A stretch of 63,356 nt of DNA, filler included, from Hausera hauseri (taxonomy: Eukaryota): assembly GCA_046269625.1 (NCBI GenBank). It is 13 parts of 13 records of this genome, joined end to end, with 100 filler letters (N's around TTAATTAATTAA, not from the genome) between each part and the next. Parts side by side here need not be neighbours in the genome. Positions count along the whole stretch, not along the records: positions 1 to 5,965 come from JBJURY010161754.1; positions 6,066 to 11,618 come from JBJURY010231961.1; 11 more parts are not named here. One strand, given 5' to 3'. The notes beneath the pieces were generated by a model. That model saw only the letters and a program-made list of their open reading frames with translations. It ran no database searches and was not told the DNA's origin. This document shows, in pieces, positions 1 to 11,718 of the stretch (position 1 is the first letter of the stretch; every line of letters begins with the position of its first letter). Both the position numbers and the translations under genes were made by a program.

Positions 1-149
1 AATTATGTTCAATGTATACAACAGAACCGCTATATATATGTTATATATTGGGGTGGCCCTTATTCAACTCCCACTATATAACAATAATTACACTTGAAGT
101 TTTTAGTACCTTGGTGCAGGTAAGGTCTACCGTTATCGAATAGGCAGAA

Positions 150-774
150 TGTACCTTATGATTATTAGTTTAATCAGTAATGCGTGTACTCGCTTGCGGT
201 CCTGTGCAAAGAACGTTTATCAAATTCTCCTCTTAACTATATGAAGTGTAAGTACAGATTTTAAGCTTAGGGTAGTCAAATCGCTTTTAAGAAGCGAAGC
301 AAAACTATGAATAAATTTACTCAATAAAATTTATTAAACAACAATTACCAATCTTTCCAAATAATCACGGAAGCACAGTATCGAATGACTCTTTAATGTT
401 TCTACAGATTAATCCTTCTGATTTTATCAGCAAAACGGTCTCCCCAATGATTCTGTCGTCTCAAAACTTCTGTTTTACTCAGCTGTTCTCATCCTTTTAT
501 AATCTCGTCTTCGATAATTAATTTGTTTTTTTATTCCATTCAATTTTGTTATTCATAATACGGTTTTGCTTTTTATACATTATTTTTAATTATTATAAGC
601 TACAACCTACGATCAATTCTATTAACTCAATACGTTCAAATTTTTATTCAATAAATACAATATTCTATTCTGTACATACAACTAATTATGTACACGAATT
701 CATAAATACATGATACCTTTTATATTTATTTATGAGCTACGATATCTATCAGCTGTACTCTTAGCCATACTACA
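150..774 (-). repeat. 3' LTR of complex Ty3/gypsy element, copy A (left boundary approximate)
   Basis: On the minus strand the PPT AGGGAGGAGAGATGA is directly followed by TGTAG at 774. TATAAAAGGA lies at about 492-501 and AATAAA at about 330-335. Blocks are homologous to 23590-23720 and 23900-23911. A candidate TACA end lies at about 150. Confidence 0.7.
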
Positions 775-1140
775 TCATCTCTCCTCCCTGAACGGCACAT
801 TCTGATGTGCCAATTGCGTCAGAAGAGGTGACGCCTGTGCGTGGCAATCGTAATAAGTCTATACGTTGCCTTAGACTGGGTTCGGAGCTTGTACTTGCCT
901 GATTTCCTCGAGTACTTGTTTCTAATTCATAGCTGTAATTGGGTTTTATTCTTACTACTCTAGTATAGGTTCCATTGGAAAAATACTTCAAGTCTGTAGC
1001 TTCTGCTCTACAGACTGGACATGTAGTTTTGCCCTTATCTAATGTCCATTTTTCCAAGCAATCTCGACAATATTTATGTTGACAATCCGAATTATCCAAA
1101 ATCACAGCCTTGTTTGAGATTATCTTCGCACACTGGGAAT
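770..1140 (-). pseudogene. RING-HC (C3HC4) finger, C-terminal domain of the retroelement accessory ORF (frameshifted near 1100)
   Basis: (F)PVCEDNLKQ / VILDNSDCQHKYCRDCLEKWTLDKGKTTCPVCR gives the C-x-H-x2-C-x2-C...C-x2-C pattern. The stop codon is the TAG of the LTR start TGTAG. Confidence 0.8.
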
Positions 1141-1790
1141 TCTTTTTCCTCTTTTTCCCAATTTTCGTCGTCCAAATTGACTCTTATCGTAATCTCAATA
1201 GATTCTACTACCAATCCTTCTTCATCTTGATATAGATAGGCATATATTCTTTTTTGTTTCGGATTTATTGAACTCTTCTTGGGATGGCATCTCACGGGCA
1301 ATAGGATCCAATTGCTGATATCATCTTGATCTAAGTCGGGAATTTCACCAGTCGATCGGTATTTCTGATGTAGCTTCTTAAGTAATATCTTTACGGACTT
1401 GTCTACGGGAACTATGAGTTTACCATTTCTTTTTGATTGAAATATTGGGACAACGTATTTTCCTATCTTGGGATTCTCTCAGACATAAGTATTCTCTTAT
1501 AATTCCCTTGCGGGTATCAATTTGACGAAGAACATTGCTTCCTTAATTCTTTGTTGACTATAATACTCTGCAGTTACCAATATTCTCGGGTAATCCTTGG
1601 TGGTGGCGAAATGTACATTATCTGAGGAACCTTTCTTTCGTAATATGTTCACTTTCGTTATCTGTTCCTTTTGTTTACTTGATGGTCTCGTAGATTTCTC
1701 GGTTTCAGACGGCACTTGTGTTTTTGATGGTTTTTCTGTTTGTATTCTTGGGTCTTCTGTCTTCTTTAGTTTCGGGTCTTTATTATCTAA
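1092..1790 (-). pseudogene. Middle part of the accessory ORF (Lys/Ser/Thr-rich linker plus unknown domain), disrupted
   Basis: ORFs 1497..1715 and 1092..1301 are in the same frame, separated by two in-frame stops, and read on toward the RING motif. Confidence 0.55.
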
Positions 1791-3258
1791 TTTGTATCCT
1801 TCTTTTGGTCCTTTTTCTCCTTCTTTACTTTTTTCTTAAATAAATAATCGAAGAAGGAGGTTTTTCTTTTAGTTGTCTTCCCGATTTCGGTTTCTGAAGT
1901 TCTATCTTTTTCTTCTAGGTATTTTTTGGGGACCTCGGGTATCTTGAATATGTCACTCTTTCCAGTGGTTTTCGTAACTGATTTAACGCTATAACTTGTA
2001 CTTGGTTTTTCCTCTATTTGCTTTTTGCTATTCGATCTTCCGGAATTAATTTCTTGAATAGTCACTTGATAATTCCATTTTTGTGTGTTTTTGACATTTC
2101 TTGGGGGAGAATAGGGACGGAAATGTTTTCTGTATCGGCTATTTGATCCTTCTATTTTAGGAAATTTGCGTAGATTCTGGCCGGGATTACTTGGGATCCA
2201 TTTATGTTCCCATATTAATCCAGTATTTATGTCCATCAAGTATTGGGAACGTTGACTAGCAGTTAGTAGTCGACTTATTTTAATATGTTCTGCACTCATT
2301 GCTTCGATCAACAGCTTAAATCGGCCTTCCACGGTCGGGGGTAGATATCCTTTCCTTTCTTTTACCTTTATCTCCATTTGTTCTATCACTGTCGGTTGGC
2401 TTTCCACTTCTCTTATCCCGGCTATGTATGTAATGGGTATTTCTAAATTTTCTATAATCATTTCTACTTGGTAATCCACCATGATACAACCATACAGGAA
2501 ATATGTCACATCTTCTTGTAATAGCTTATTATCCTTTCCTAATATCAATTGTTCCCTTTTTAGTCCGATTACTTCCGCGTAAGTTTCCTTTACTTTTTTT
2601 CCCGGATTAATTATTTTTGCGTAGATTTCCATTCCGTTCGTTTCTCGTATCGATATTTCGATCGGAATATAGTTTCTCAGGTCCTCTTCTCCGTAGTTCA
2701 CTGCGACGATCCGGATGTTCCTTGCATCTGCTACCAATCTAAATGAATATAAGTGTACATCTTGTTTCTCTTCGGTGGGCCTTTGTCTAAATTCTAATGG
2801 TGGCAATGGAATGGTTGTTGTTTCTTCCTCGGTTATTTCAACCATTAGCTTCGCGGGTAAAGCAGCTATGCGAAATTCCAGCTCATAGTCGTGGTCGAGA
2901 AAATCTCTACTATTAAATACAAATGTGCTATATCGACTTTGTTTTCCTTGGAATGAGTCCCATTTTTGGTCTTTTAACCTGTAATAAATTACTCCGTCAG
3001 CTAAGTGTATGAATAATTTCTGTTCTTTGTCCGCTCTGTGCTAGGTGATCTGCCGTAAGGAGTATGTCTTTGCATTCTTATTTTCTCTCCATGCATATAA
3101 GTAGACAGCTCTAGCTTACCCAGGTTTGTCCTTGTAGTTCTGTGTTGATTTTTCTGTAAATACTTTTGAAATTTAGGATCAGGACGGTTACGTATTGTTG
3201 CGAAAATCAGTCGATACTAAGTCGGCTCATTTTCGTGTCGATCCGATTACTTGCTAAT
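1787..3258 (-). pseudogene. Accessory ORF with DEDD 3'-5' exonuclease-like (REX4/ISG20/REXO1) fold, copy A; open frame 1787..2845
   Basis: IVAVNYGEE..PIEISIRETNGMEIYAKIINPGKKVKETYAEVIGLKREQLILGK..LLQEDVTYFLYGCIMVDY follows the Rex4-type pattern VALDCE..VSIV..G..YDKYVKP...VTDY.T.VSGI..EDL..G....VQ.EV..LL.G.ILVGH. It is homologous to 62268..63335. Confidence 0.65.
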
Positions 3259-3356
3259 CTGAAGAAGAAAACATAAAGGTTAATCTTAAAACAAAGTATG
3301 GTCTTAAACCAAAACCAATTCTTTGTTTGATGACAGAATAATCTGATCTGTAATTG

Positions 3357-4780
3357 TCAGGTTATTTTATCATAGGGGTCTATAGGGTTTTCCCTCTCCC
3401 TTAATTCCCATTCTGTATTTTTAGGGCGTATACAATAATAATTTTTGGCAACTAACCGAACAATCGCTGTTAATAAAATGAGAAAAAATGTTGACGATAC
3501 AATAATGAATAGGATCGGTAATGTGGTTAACCCTAGTGGTACTTGTGTGGTAGTAGGAGTTGTGCTTTCATCTTCGATATTTTCATATACTGGTGATCCT
3601 GTGCGGATTTCGCCCAGGGTACGTATTGTAATTGTTTGGTTTTGCTAATTCTTTGCATGGTGTTCGGACTGTGGTTTTAGCAAATTACATTCCGTCTGAT
3701 AAGTATTTTTAAACAATGTTGCAATCTGATCATTGTATGTTGTTCGACAATTTATGTGTATATCATAATTTTGTTTTTCCTCCAAAAAGAACACAATTTT
3801 AATTCGATATGCCGAATATTTAACATGTATGCTTCCTAATTCTTTTTGAGATATCTTGCTCGATGTAACAGTTCGGTAGTAGGACTAACCTTAGTGGTTG
3901 ACTATTTGGTTGTGGTTTTCACTGAGATTTTCCAACTATTTTCTGGATAGTAAGTTTGTAATTGTATACTTGGTTTATTAGGTCACACCTCGTATAAATC
4001 AAATTTTATTTTGAACTCCTGGTTCACGGGTATTTTACAACATGGATGTTGCACACCTGCGCGAATAAAACAATACCCTATTTTCTGAGTCGGTCCCTCT
4101 GTTGCTTCGAAAGTAATACTAATTTTGCGACTGACAGTTAGCTTTGTCCGGACATCTACTTGGATGCATTTTTTTGCCTTGTTTACATATATTCTCCGGA
4201 TATTTTCGTATAATAATTTTATATCGGGGTCAGTGGATCGCAGCATTTTGTTAGGTTTTATTCCATGATGTCTGTTCCAAGCAGGGATGACTAATTGGAA
4301 CTGTGGCTTCGTCTCGATGTAAACTTCGGATGAGTCCGGTAGGTATAGGCGATAAGTGAGATTATAAGTGCGTCCGAAATCTATGTCGCAACACGGCGTA
4401 TAGTCTATAGGTTCAAAATCACAATTTGTAGCTTTTTGTGTTGTTACATCGTGTAAGACGATTTGAAATCTTTCGAAATCGTGGTGGGACCTCCAAGCCT
4501 TAAATCCGACACACACGGTGTCCGCCGAAAAATAATTAATTATCATTGATTGCAATGATTTAGTATCTTCTTGTCTTTGAATTTCTCTGACTGTTGGTTT
4601 CTTTTCCGTTTTAATAGTTTCCGATCTTGATCCACTCTTCCGAATTCCGTATACATCTCCTAGCGTAGATTCGTCGTACCACCATTAAGTTTGTGTTCTC
4701 GGAATAAAAGAAGCAATTAATGATAGAGCTAAAACGATATGAATGTATGATATTGGTCTAACAATTATTGAGTAAGTTTT
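3357..4780 (-). pseudogene. Env-position type I membrane protein (signal peptide, 2 Cys-rich domains, S/T linker, FN3, TM, YDKI tail), copy A, disrupted
   Basis: Hydrophobic IHIVLALSLIASF follows the integrase tail. ORF 3983..4555 has two C..C..CC units. TECNLLKPQS, the TM segment and the C-terminal DPYDKIT* match 61228..62169. Confidence 0.7.
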
Positions 4781-4789
4781 TATCTCGTG

Positions 4790-5965
4790 TTGGCGTAGAT
4801 TATAACGTTTATTGGGCCTTATCTCTGTCTTAACAACTCTTTGTACTGATACGACTTTTTCCTTTCCATTTTTGTTGATATATACTGTGGTTGGCGTAAC
4901 TCTGGTAACACTCGTACGGTCCTCTGCCTGTTCGAGTTAATTTTAATGAGGTGCCTTTCCTGGCTAGTGGGTAATGTACATAAACCCAATTTCCTTGTTC
5001 TAAATCATGCGGTTTCGCTTTCTTGTCATATTGCTTTTTAAACTGTTCTTGATATTCTTGGGATAATTCTTTGGCGATTTCCCAACATTTTCGCAATCGA
5101 GTTTGTAGCACTTCTGCAAAATTCTTTTCTAAATCTTCGGGATTGACTGTGTATGGCGTCATTCCTAAGTCTGTGGGCGGCACAGCTTTACGTCCATACA
5201 TCATGAAGAATGTGGTAAATATTGTCGCTGGATGTGGTGTGGTATTAACTGCAAATTGAGTTCCTTCTAGAAATTCATCTCAATCCTTTTGGTCCTTGGC
5301 TACTACTGTGGATAATATACGTATGACGGTTGCGTTCATTCGTTCGACCATTCCGTTACACTGAGGGTGATACGCGGTAGTTGTTAATCGTTCGATTTCG
5401 AATATCTTGCTGATTTTTTCGAATAATGCACTTGTGAAATTTCTTCCTCGATCTGTGAGTATCTGGTCTGGGGGTCCGTATCGGCAAATAATTCTTTTTA
5501 CTACGGCTTTTGCTAAGGTTTCTGCCTTTTGATCAATTAGCGATATCAACTCGACAAAATGATTTAATCGGTCGACACAAGTCAAGATATACTTATTGTT
5601 CTTGTGAGTCGTAGGAAGAGGGCCTACGATATCCATAGACATGGCTTGCACAGGTCTATCGGCACATTAATTGGTTTTAATTCGGCCATGTAGTTTTTCG
5701 TTTTCTTTTGATTAGTTGCACATACTTCACAGGCATTTACCCAATTTTTTACATCAGTATAGATACTAGAACAAAAGTTATTCTTTCTAATTCGTTATTC
5801 TAATATTCGTTATTCTTTCTAATGTTTTTATCCAGGACATGTGTCCGGCTAAGTACGAATCATGTTCCGACGTTAGCACTTCGGTTCGTAACCCTTTTGG
5901 AACAACCATCAATTTCCTTCCTTTTCGTTTGTAATATAAAATATCGCCATTGCTTTTGTCATTTA
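4790..5965 (-). mobile_element. Ty3/gypsy integrase, copy A, disrupted
   Basis: SMDIVGPLP, ILTDRGRNF and TTAYHPQCNGMVERMN form the DDE core; a GPY motif follows (RGPYE). Near-identical to 59937..60850. Confidence 0.92.
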
Positions 5966-6065
5966 NNNNNNNNNNNNNNNNNNNNNNNNNNNNNNNNNNN
6001 NNNNNNNNNTTAATTAATTAANNNNNNNNNNNNNNNNNNNNNNNNNNNNNNNNNNNNNNNNNNNN
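5966..6065. other. Artificial 100-bp contig spacer (N..TTAATTAATTAA..N); also at 11619, 15742, 20154, 24327, 28535, 35775, 40533, 45193, 49873, 54456, 58947
   Basis: An identical 100-nt spacer with a six-frame stop linker is repeated 12 times. Confidence 0.98.
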
Positions 6066-9000
6066 GAAGGAGTGTTGCGCCAACCGAGTAGAACAAATGG
6101 CAGGATAGACGTCCAATTGCGATGATTGTCTGCTAGGATTTTGAAAGAAATTTTCATAGTTCAATGCGATCTTTCAAGGAGGCCATTTGCTTATGAGTGG
6201 TACGGTGTTGTATGGAAATGTGATATCCCCAAGCGTTTAACAAGCGATTTAAAAAGTTCCGATTCGAACTGCGAACTTTCGTCCGTTATAATGTGCCGTG
6301 GAGATCCAAAACGACTAATCCAGATTATAATGAAGGCATCTGCTACTGAATCAGTGTTTGTTGAACGGAGAGGAACGGCTTCAGGCCAGCGAAAAGCACG
6401 ATCCATAATAGTGAGAATATGTTGATACCCGTTATCGGAAGGTAGGGTCCAACGAGATCAAGATGGACGGTATAAAAACGTGATGTACATGGGAAATGGT
6501 AAAGCGGCAGTTTAAACTGTTTGTTGACTTTGTATTTTTGACAGGCGACGCATTCTTTAACCCAACCCTGTACATCTGTGCGCATTGATAGTCAAACTAC
6601 ATGATGTTGGAGCAAACGAAACGTGGCTTTCGAGCCTGGATGATGAAGTGAATGCGTGAGAAGAAAAGCTGGTTTCTGCAAAGGACCGAAAATGATTTTT
6701 TTGTTACCGGGGTTAGATGTGCCGTATGCAATGCCATCAATGATTTCGAAGGATTTGAAAGAGCTAAGAATATCGATAGCCGGTTGATTGAGCTTTAGAA
6801 TTTCGGTAGAAAATATTGCTTCGACAGTAATTGAGCCGATCGGCCGTGACAGGAAATCCGCGACCAAATTCTCCGTACATGAAATATACTTTATGACAAA
6901 ACTAAATGTAGATAGGTACGATATCTGTCGTTCCTGCCTCGGTGATGGCTGTTTTAGTGACATGATGTGCAGCAAAGGCTTGTGATCCGTTTGGATGATA
7001 AATGGGCGAGAGAGGAGGAGATACTTGAAATGTTTCACTGCCAGAACTATGGCTAGTAGCTCACGATCGAATGTAGAATATTGGCTTTTTTATTGTGTGA
7101 GTTTTCGAGAGTAAAATTCCAAAGGTTCGTCGACACCGTTGGAAATTTGGTGTAGTATTGCACCAGTAGCTGTGGAAAAAGCATCAGTGGTAAGTATTAG
7201 CTCCGCGTCGGGTTTTGGATAGGCCAGTATTTCGACGGTTTTTAAGACTTCACGTAAGTGATCGAATTTGGTAACTAAATCGGTTGTCCATTGGATTAGC
7301 TGTCTTTTCTTTCCAGATGAGAGGTGTGCGAAAGGTGCTGTAAGCTCAGAGCAATGCGGTATGTATTTATGGACAGAATTTAATGTGCCAAGAAAACTTC
7401 TCATATCTGTAGTGGTCGTTGGTAGTGTTACGTTTTCTAATTGCTGTAGTCGATCAGGTTGTGGAGAGTGGCCGTGAGGAGCGATAATGTGGCCTATGAA
7501 CTTGATACGTTTCTAAAAGAAGTTGCACTTGGAGAAATTAACTTGTAAGTTGCTATGATGTAGTCTGTGAAAAATAATTCAGATGTGTTCATGATGTTGT
7601 TTCACGGATTTGGAGGCAACTAATATGTCATCGACGTAGGGATGAGCAAAATCAAGGCCTGAGTGAACGGTGTCGATGTGGCGTTGAAAAGTTTGGGCTG
7701 CGTTACGTAAACCGAATGGCATAAACATGTATTCGTAGAGGCCAAATAGAGTGATGACAGCAGTCTTTGGAATGTCATCGGATGCAACGGGAATTTGATG
7801 GTAGGCTTTGTGCAGATATATTGTGGAATAGGTATTGGTGTTGTTAAGACTGTGCAGAATGTGTTTTATGAGCGGTAATGGGTAAGCATCCATAATGGTT
7901 AGATTGTTTGCTAGACGGTAATCGCCACATGGTCGAAAAGTACCGTCCTTTTTTGCTACTACATGTAATGGTGAAGCCCATAGTGCTTTGGACCTCCAAA
8001 TGATACCAGATTTTTCGAGTTCGTTAAACTCTAATTCCACGGCTTTTCATATACGAGGCAATAATGGTCTTACCTATTGTCTGATAGGTCTTTGGTGTTG
8101 GGTGACAATGTGGTGATAAGTTGTTGACAGGAGCTTAAAGTTAGAGTCCTTTTTGAGTATGCGAGAACAAGAAGAATTGATGTAGGATTTGAGATTGGAA
8201 TCTAGTGATAAAAATGATTGAGGCGTATTATTAGAGGAGGCGGTGACTGTGATTGGCAAAGAACGAACGACATTGCCGCCGTCAACATTCGGTTTAACCG
8301 ATTGTTTTAAAATCGACTTCGGTGTTTGAGGTGTAATTGAAAAAATAAATAAACTACTAGATGTATCGTTATCAACCAATAAGCAATTTGCCAAATTCAC
8401 GTGTGAGTTCGCAGACGATTGGCCTGTTGCGCTGTCTGTTAGACGGTTGCTAACGTTCACGACGGAGTCTCTACGTAGCAAACAACCATACATGCAGTCA
8501 ACTAGCAAGTCGTGTGCAGCCAAAAAATCTGAGCCGATTATTGGCGATTTAATATTGGCCACGTAGAATTTCCAGACAAACATGCCTGGTAAGTTCGAAA
8601 ATGTAAAAACCAGTTCCGTAATACCCGCGATTCGCAAAGGTTGACCACTGGCGGTGAAAAGCGGAGGGGAAGAAACTGTTGTTAATGTGGAGACGAAAGT
8701 CAAAGGGAGGAGTGAAAAGGTAGCTCCTGAGTCGATGAGAAAATCAATACGTGGAGCGTTGTTACAGAACAGTGCAGCTTTTAACAGAAAAACTGCGGAG
8801 GCGTTGTTAAGACGGCTAGAAGATTGAGCAGTATTGCCTATGCCAGAATGTGCCGTAACATCTGGCGGCATTTTTAGTTCTTTGAAGATTGTGGAGGGAA
8901 AGAAGATGACAGGTAGGCAGAAGGAGGAGGAAAAGAAAATGAAGGTAAACTGAAGTTCTTTTTGTAATGTTTACATCCCGGAACACACGATCTGGCTAGA

Positions 9001-10300
9001 GAGTGGAATTTTGTGTGGTAAATACAGATATGGCTGTCCACCGCAAAACGCTCGTCGTAATATATACAACCCAAAAGACATTTTTCTGCATTACTACGAA
9101 ATTTCTCGTGATAAAAACAAATCATTCGTCCGCCAGATTTGAAACGAAATAAGTGCCTGGAGAGGCTACGCTCGCGCGATGCACGAATCTCGCCTTGCCG
9201 ATACATAGACAGATTACTTAGTTGAGCCGTGATGGCGAAAATTGAATGCTGTAGAGTATCGTATTGTTTCTGCATTAATTGTAGTTGCTGTGCGAAAACA
9301 ATCGTGTCTGCGTGAAATGAGGTATGCGTGGTTGCTGTAGCTACGGGTTGTGAGTTGTTGGTCTGCAAGATTACGAAACTTTTATCAGCCAATAGGGAAA
9401 GTTTTTCGATCCCCGTTGAGTCGTCAACGACAGTAAGGATAGCTCTGATGGAAGTGGGTAAGGAGGACAGGAAATAACGACAAATTAAGTCCGCATTATT
9501 GGTGGGGGTAATGCCAAGAGCACTTAGGTGTGAAATAGAGGTCTGCAGAAAGTCAGAAGGTTTTTGATTGCTTATAGCATGTTCGTTAAAGTACTTCTGT
9601 ATTATATTATCAATCGATGGATCGGTAATATGAAGAACAGACTCATCAAGCATGTCATATGGTGTTGGCGAAGTAAGGATATCAGTAAGATTACTGATTT
9701 GATGTTTGATGTTAGCTGGGAGAAGAAGTAACAAGCTGTTGGCGCGCAAGAAAAAATCGGTAATATGATTGGCTTTTAGCCATTGTAAATGAAATTTTAT
9801 CCAAATGTGGCTTGAATTAGTTTTGTCAAGTAAGAAATCTGTGCAAGGAAGATTGAGAGAGGCAGATTGTGCAGAGTCAGCAGGACGACGACCGGATCTT
9901 GTTTTGGAGGAACTTTCAGTAGAAGAATCAGGATCCGAACCACCTCGGAGGTAAAAGTGAAGGGTGAGATGAATGATCAGAGAAACGAAGAAAGTCAGTT
10001 AGACGGATGTAGCACAGAACCATGATGCGACAAATAAAAATCGAAAGTGTGTAGGAAAGAGGATAGAGACATATAGAGGGTGTAAGCAATGTCCGTGTTA
10101 CTAGTGAGTATGGTAGAAGTATGTGTGTTATTTTTGAAAACAAAAAAGGAAAAGGGTTGAAAAGTAATGCCAGAGGCATGTTGTGGCGCACGAATTACAG
10201 ACGCGTCCAGGTTTCCGACCAGATGATGTTCGGGCTGCATAGCCGAAAGAGTAGTCGCCACAACCGATTTCTGATGGTCAGTGTTCATCGCAGACTGTTC
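6066..10300 (-). mobile_element. CsRn1/Kabuki-like Ty3/gypsy retrotransposon (LTR end, gag, PR, RT, RNase H, IN), decayed
   Basis: gag 8874..~9900 has CxxH..C..C knuckles. Motifs: PR FLIDSGATFS, RT MPFGLRNAAQTFQR and YVDDIL, RNase H TTDA and TDHKPL, IN VHLDLVGP. The LTR end ..GCGCCACA is at 10182. Confidence 0.9.
8874..9900 (-). CDS. Gag of CsRn1-like element with two CHCC knuckles
   Basis: CFYHEKFRSNAEKCLLGC and CIYHTKFHSLARSCVPGC; homologous to 58247..58804. Confidence 0.8.
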
Positions 10301-11718
10301 GGCTGCTCTGTATGTGTCAATAAATTTAGGGAGTTGTGGATGTTTAATTAACCACACCTTATATTTCGAATAACCGTTAAAAGAATCGGACGGTACGGTT
10401 ACAAATAAATAACAATTTGTGTCATTGCGTTTTCCAGTTTGGTGGTGATCGCATTCTATTGGAAAATTATTCTGTTTTGCCACCTTATCGAAGCGATCAA
10501 TAGAGATGGTATTTCTTGTTGCTGTATTGGGTGGTACTTCGTAATCGTTATCTACATCGTTCTGATTAACACACTCATGAAAAATATTATCCCTGTTTTT
10601 ATTAGATATTTGAAGCAGACTACTATAAGATTCATAAATATACATATTACGGAAGGAATTAATATTCATCGTTATTTTGTGATTACTATTATATTTCGGA
10701 TAGAGCTTCGGCACTTCTTCAGAATCTCATATAATGATTTTTTAATTGTTAGTCTTGCTAAAAATACAGTCAGCGGCTATTGTATGATCAAATTTAGTGA
10801 TGCATGTGCAACCGGTTTATCGGTTTTATTGTCTAGTGATGGCGGCTTGATATACACGGTTGTATTTGGTGTGGAGACCGGATTAAGATACACGATCCTA
10901 TCTAAAACGAGTGCGTTTGTGGTAGTCGTTACCACCATTATTGTTACCTTGGTTTTCATGACAATTTTGTGTGAAATGGGACATAAAAGCGATGAAACAG
11001 TTCAATAAAACGATAGGTATAAAATCATTATTTAAGTCATCAAAAAATCATTAATGTGAAAATTATCTTCATATTGCTTATGATAGATTTCCTGAAAAAA
11101 TTCACACTGGCTTCGCGACATATTTGAAGTGTCAAAAGTTCGGTAATTCGTCGAATAATTCAATGTCATGGGAGTATGCAATGATGGGTTGCTATAAGTA
11201 ATAGGTTAATTGATGTGTAACGATCGACTGATAGACTCCGAATGGTTTGGATATGGGAAATTTTGCTTTGTCTCAAATATGACACTGCACAGTTGAAAAG
11301 TTTCCATATTCTGAATGATTTTTACCAATATTCCGCAGAATTTTTGGAAGTTTTGGTTGGCGACTATATATTGAAAACTGGAGCCTTTCTCGCTGTATAT
11401 TCCATAAATATAAATTCAATGCCTCTGTTTTAGTAATATTTTAGATCAGAAATCAAAAATTTCAGAGCTTTCAAAAATCACTTATTTATAAAATTCACAA
11501 AGTTTAGTTTGAACGTAATTTCCAAACAAAGAATAAAGGCGATTTCTAAAAAATTATGTATATTTTTAAAATGTTATAAACACTGACAAAATAATTTTGC
11601 ATATTTAAACAACCAATANNNNNNNNNNNNNNNNNNNNNNNNNNNNNNNNNNNNNNNNNNNNTTAATTAATTAANNNNNNNNNNNNNNNNNNNNNNNNNN
11701 NNNNNNNNNNNNNNNNNN

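Noticed and set aside
6010-6021. Regularly recurring palindrome TTAATTAATTAA (repeat-array-like)
   Set aside because: It is always centred in 100-bp N runs; an artificial contig linker with stops in all frames.
10439-11008. 189-aa hydrophobic ORF as a membrane protein
   Set aside because: Antisense shadow of the minus-strand ORFs; no recognisable motif.
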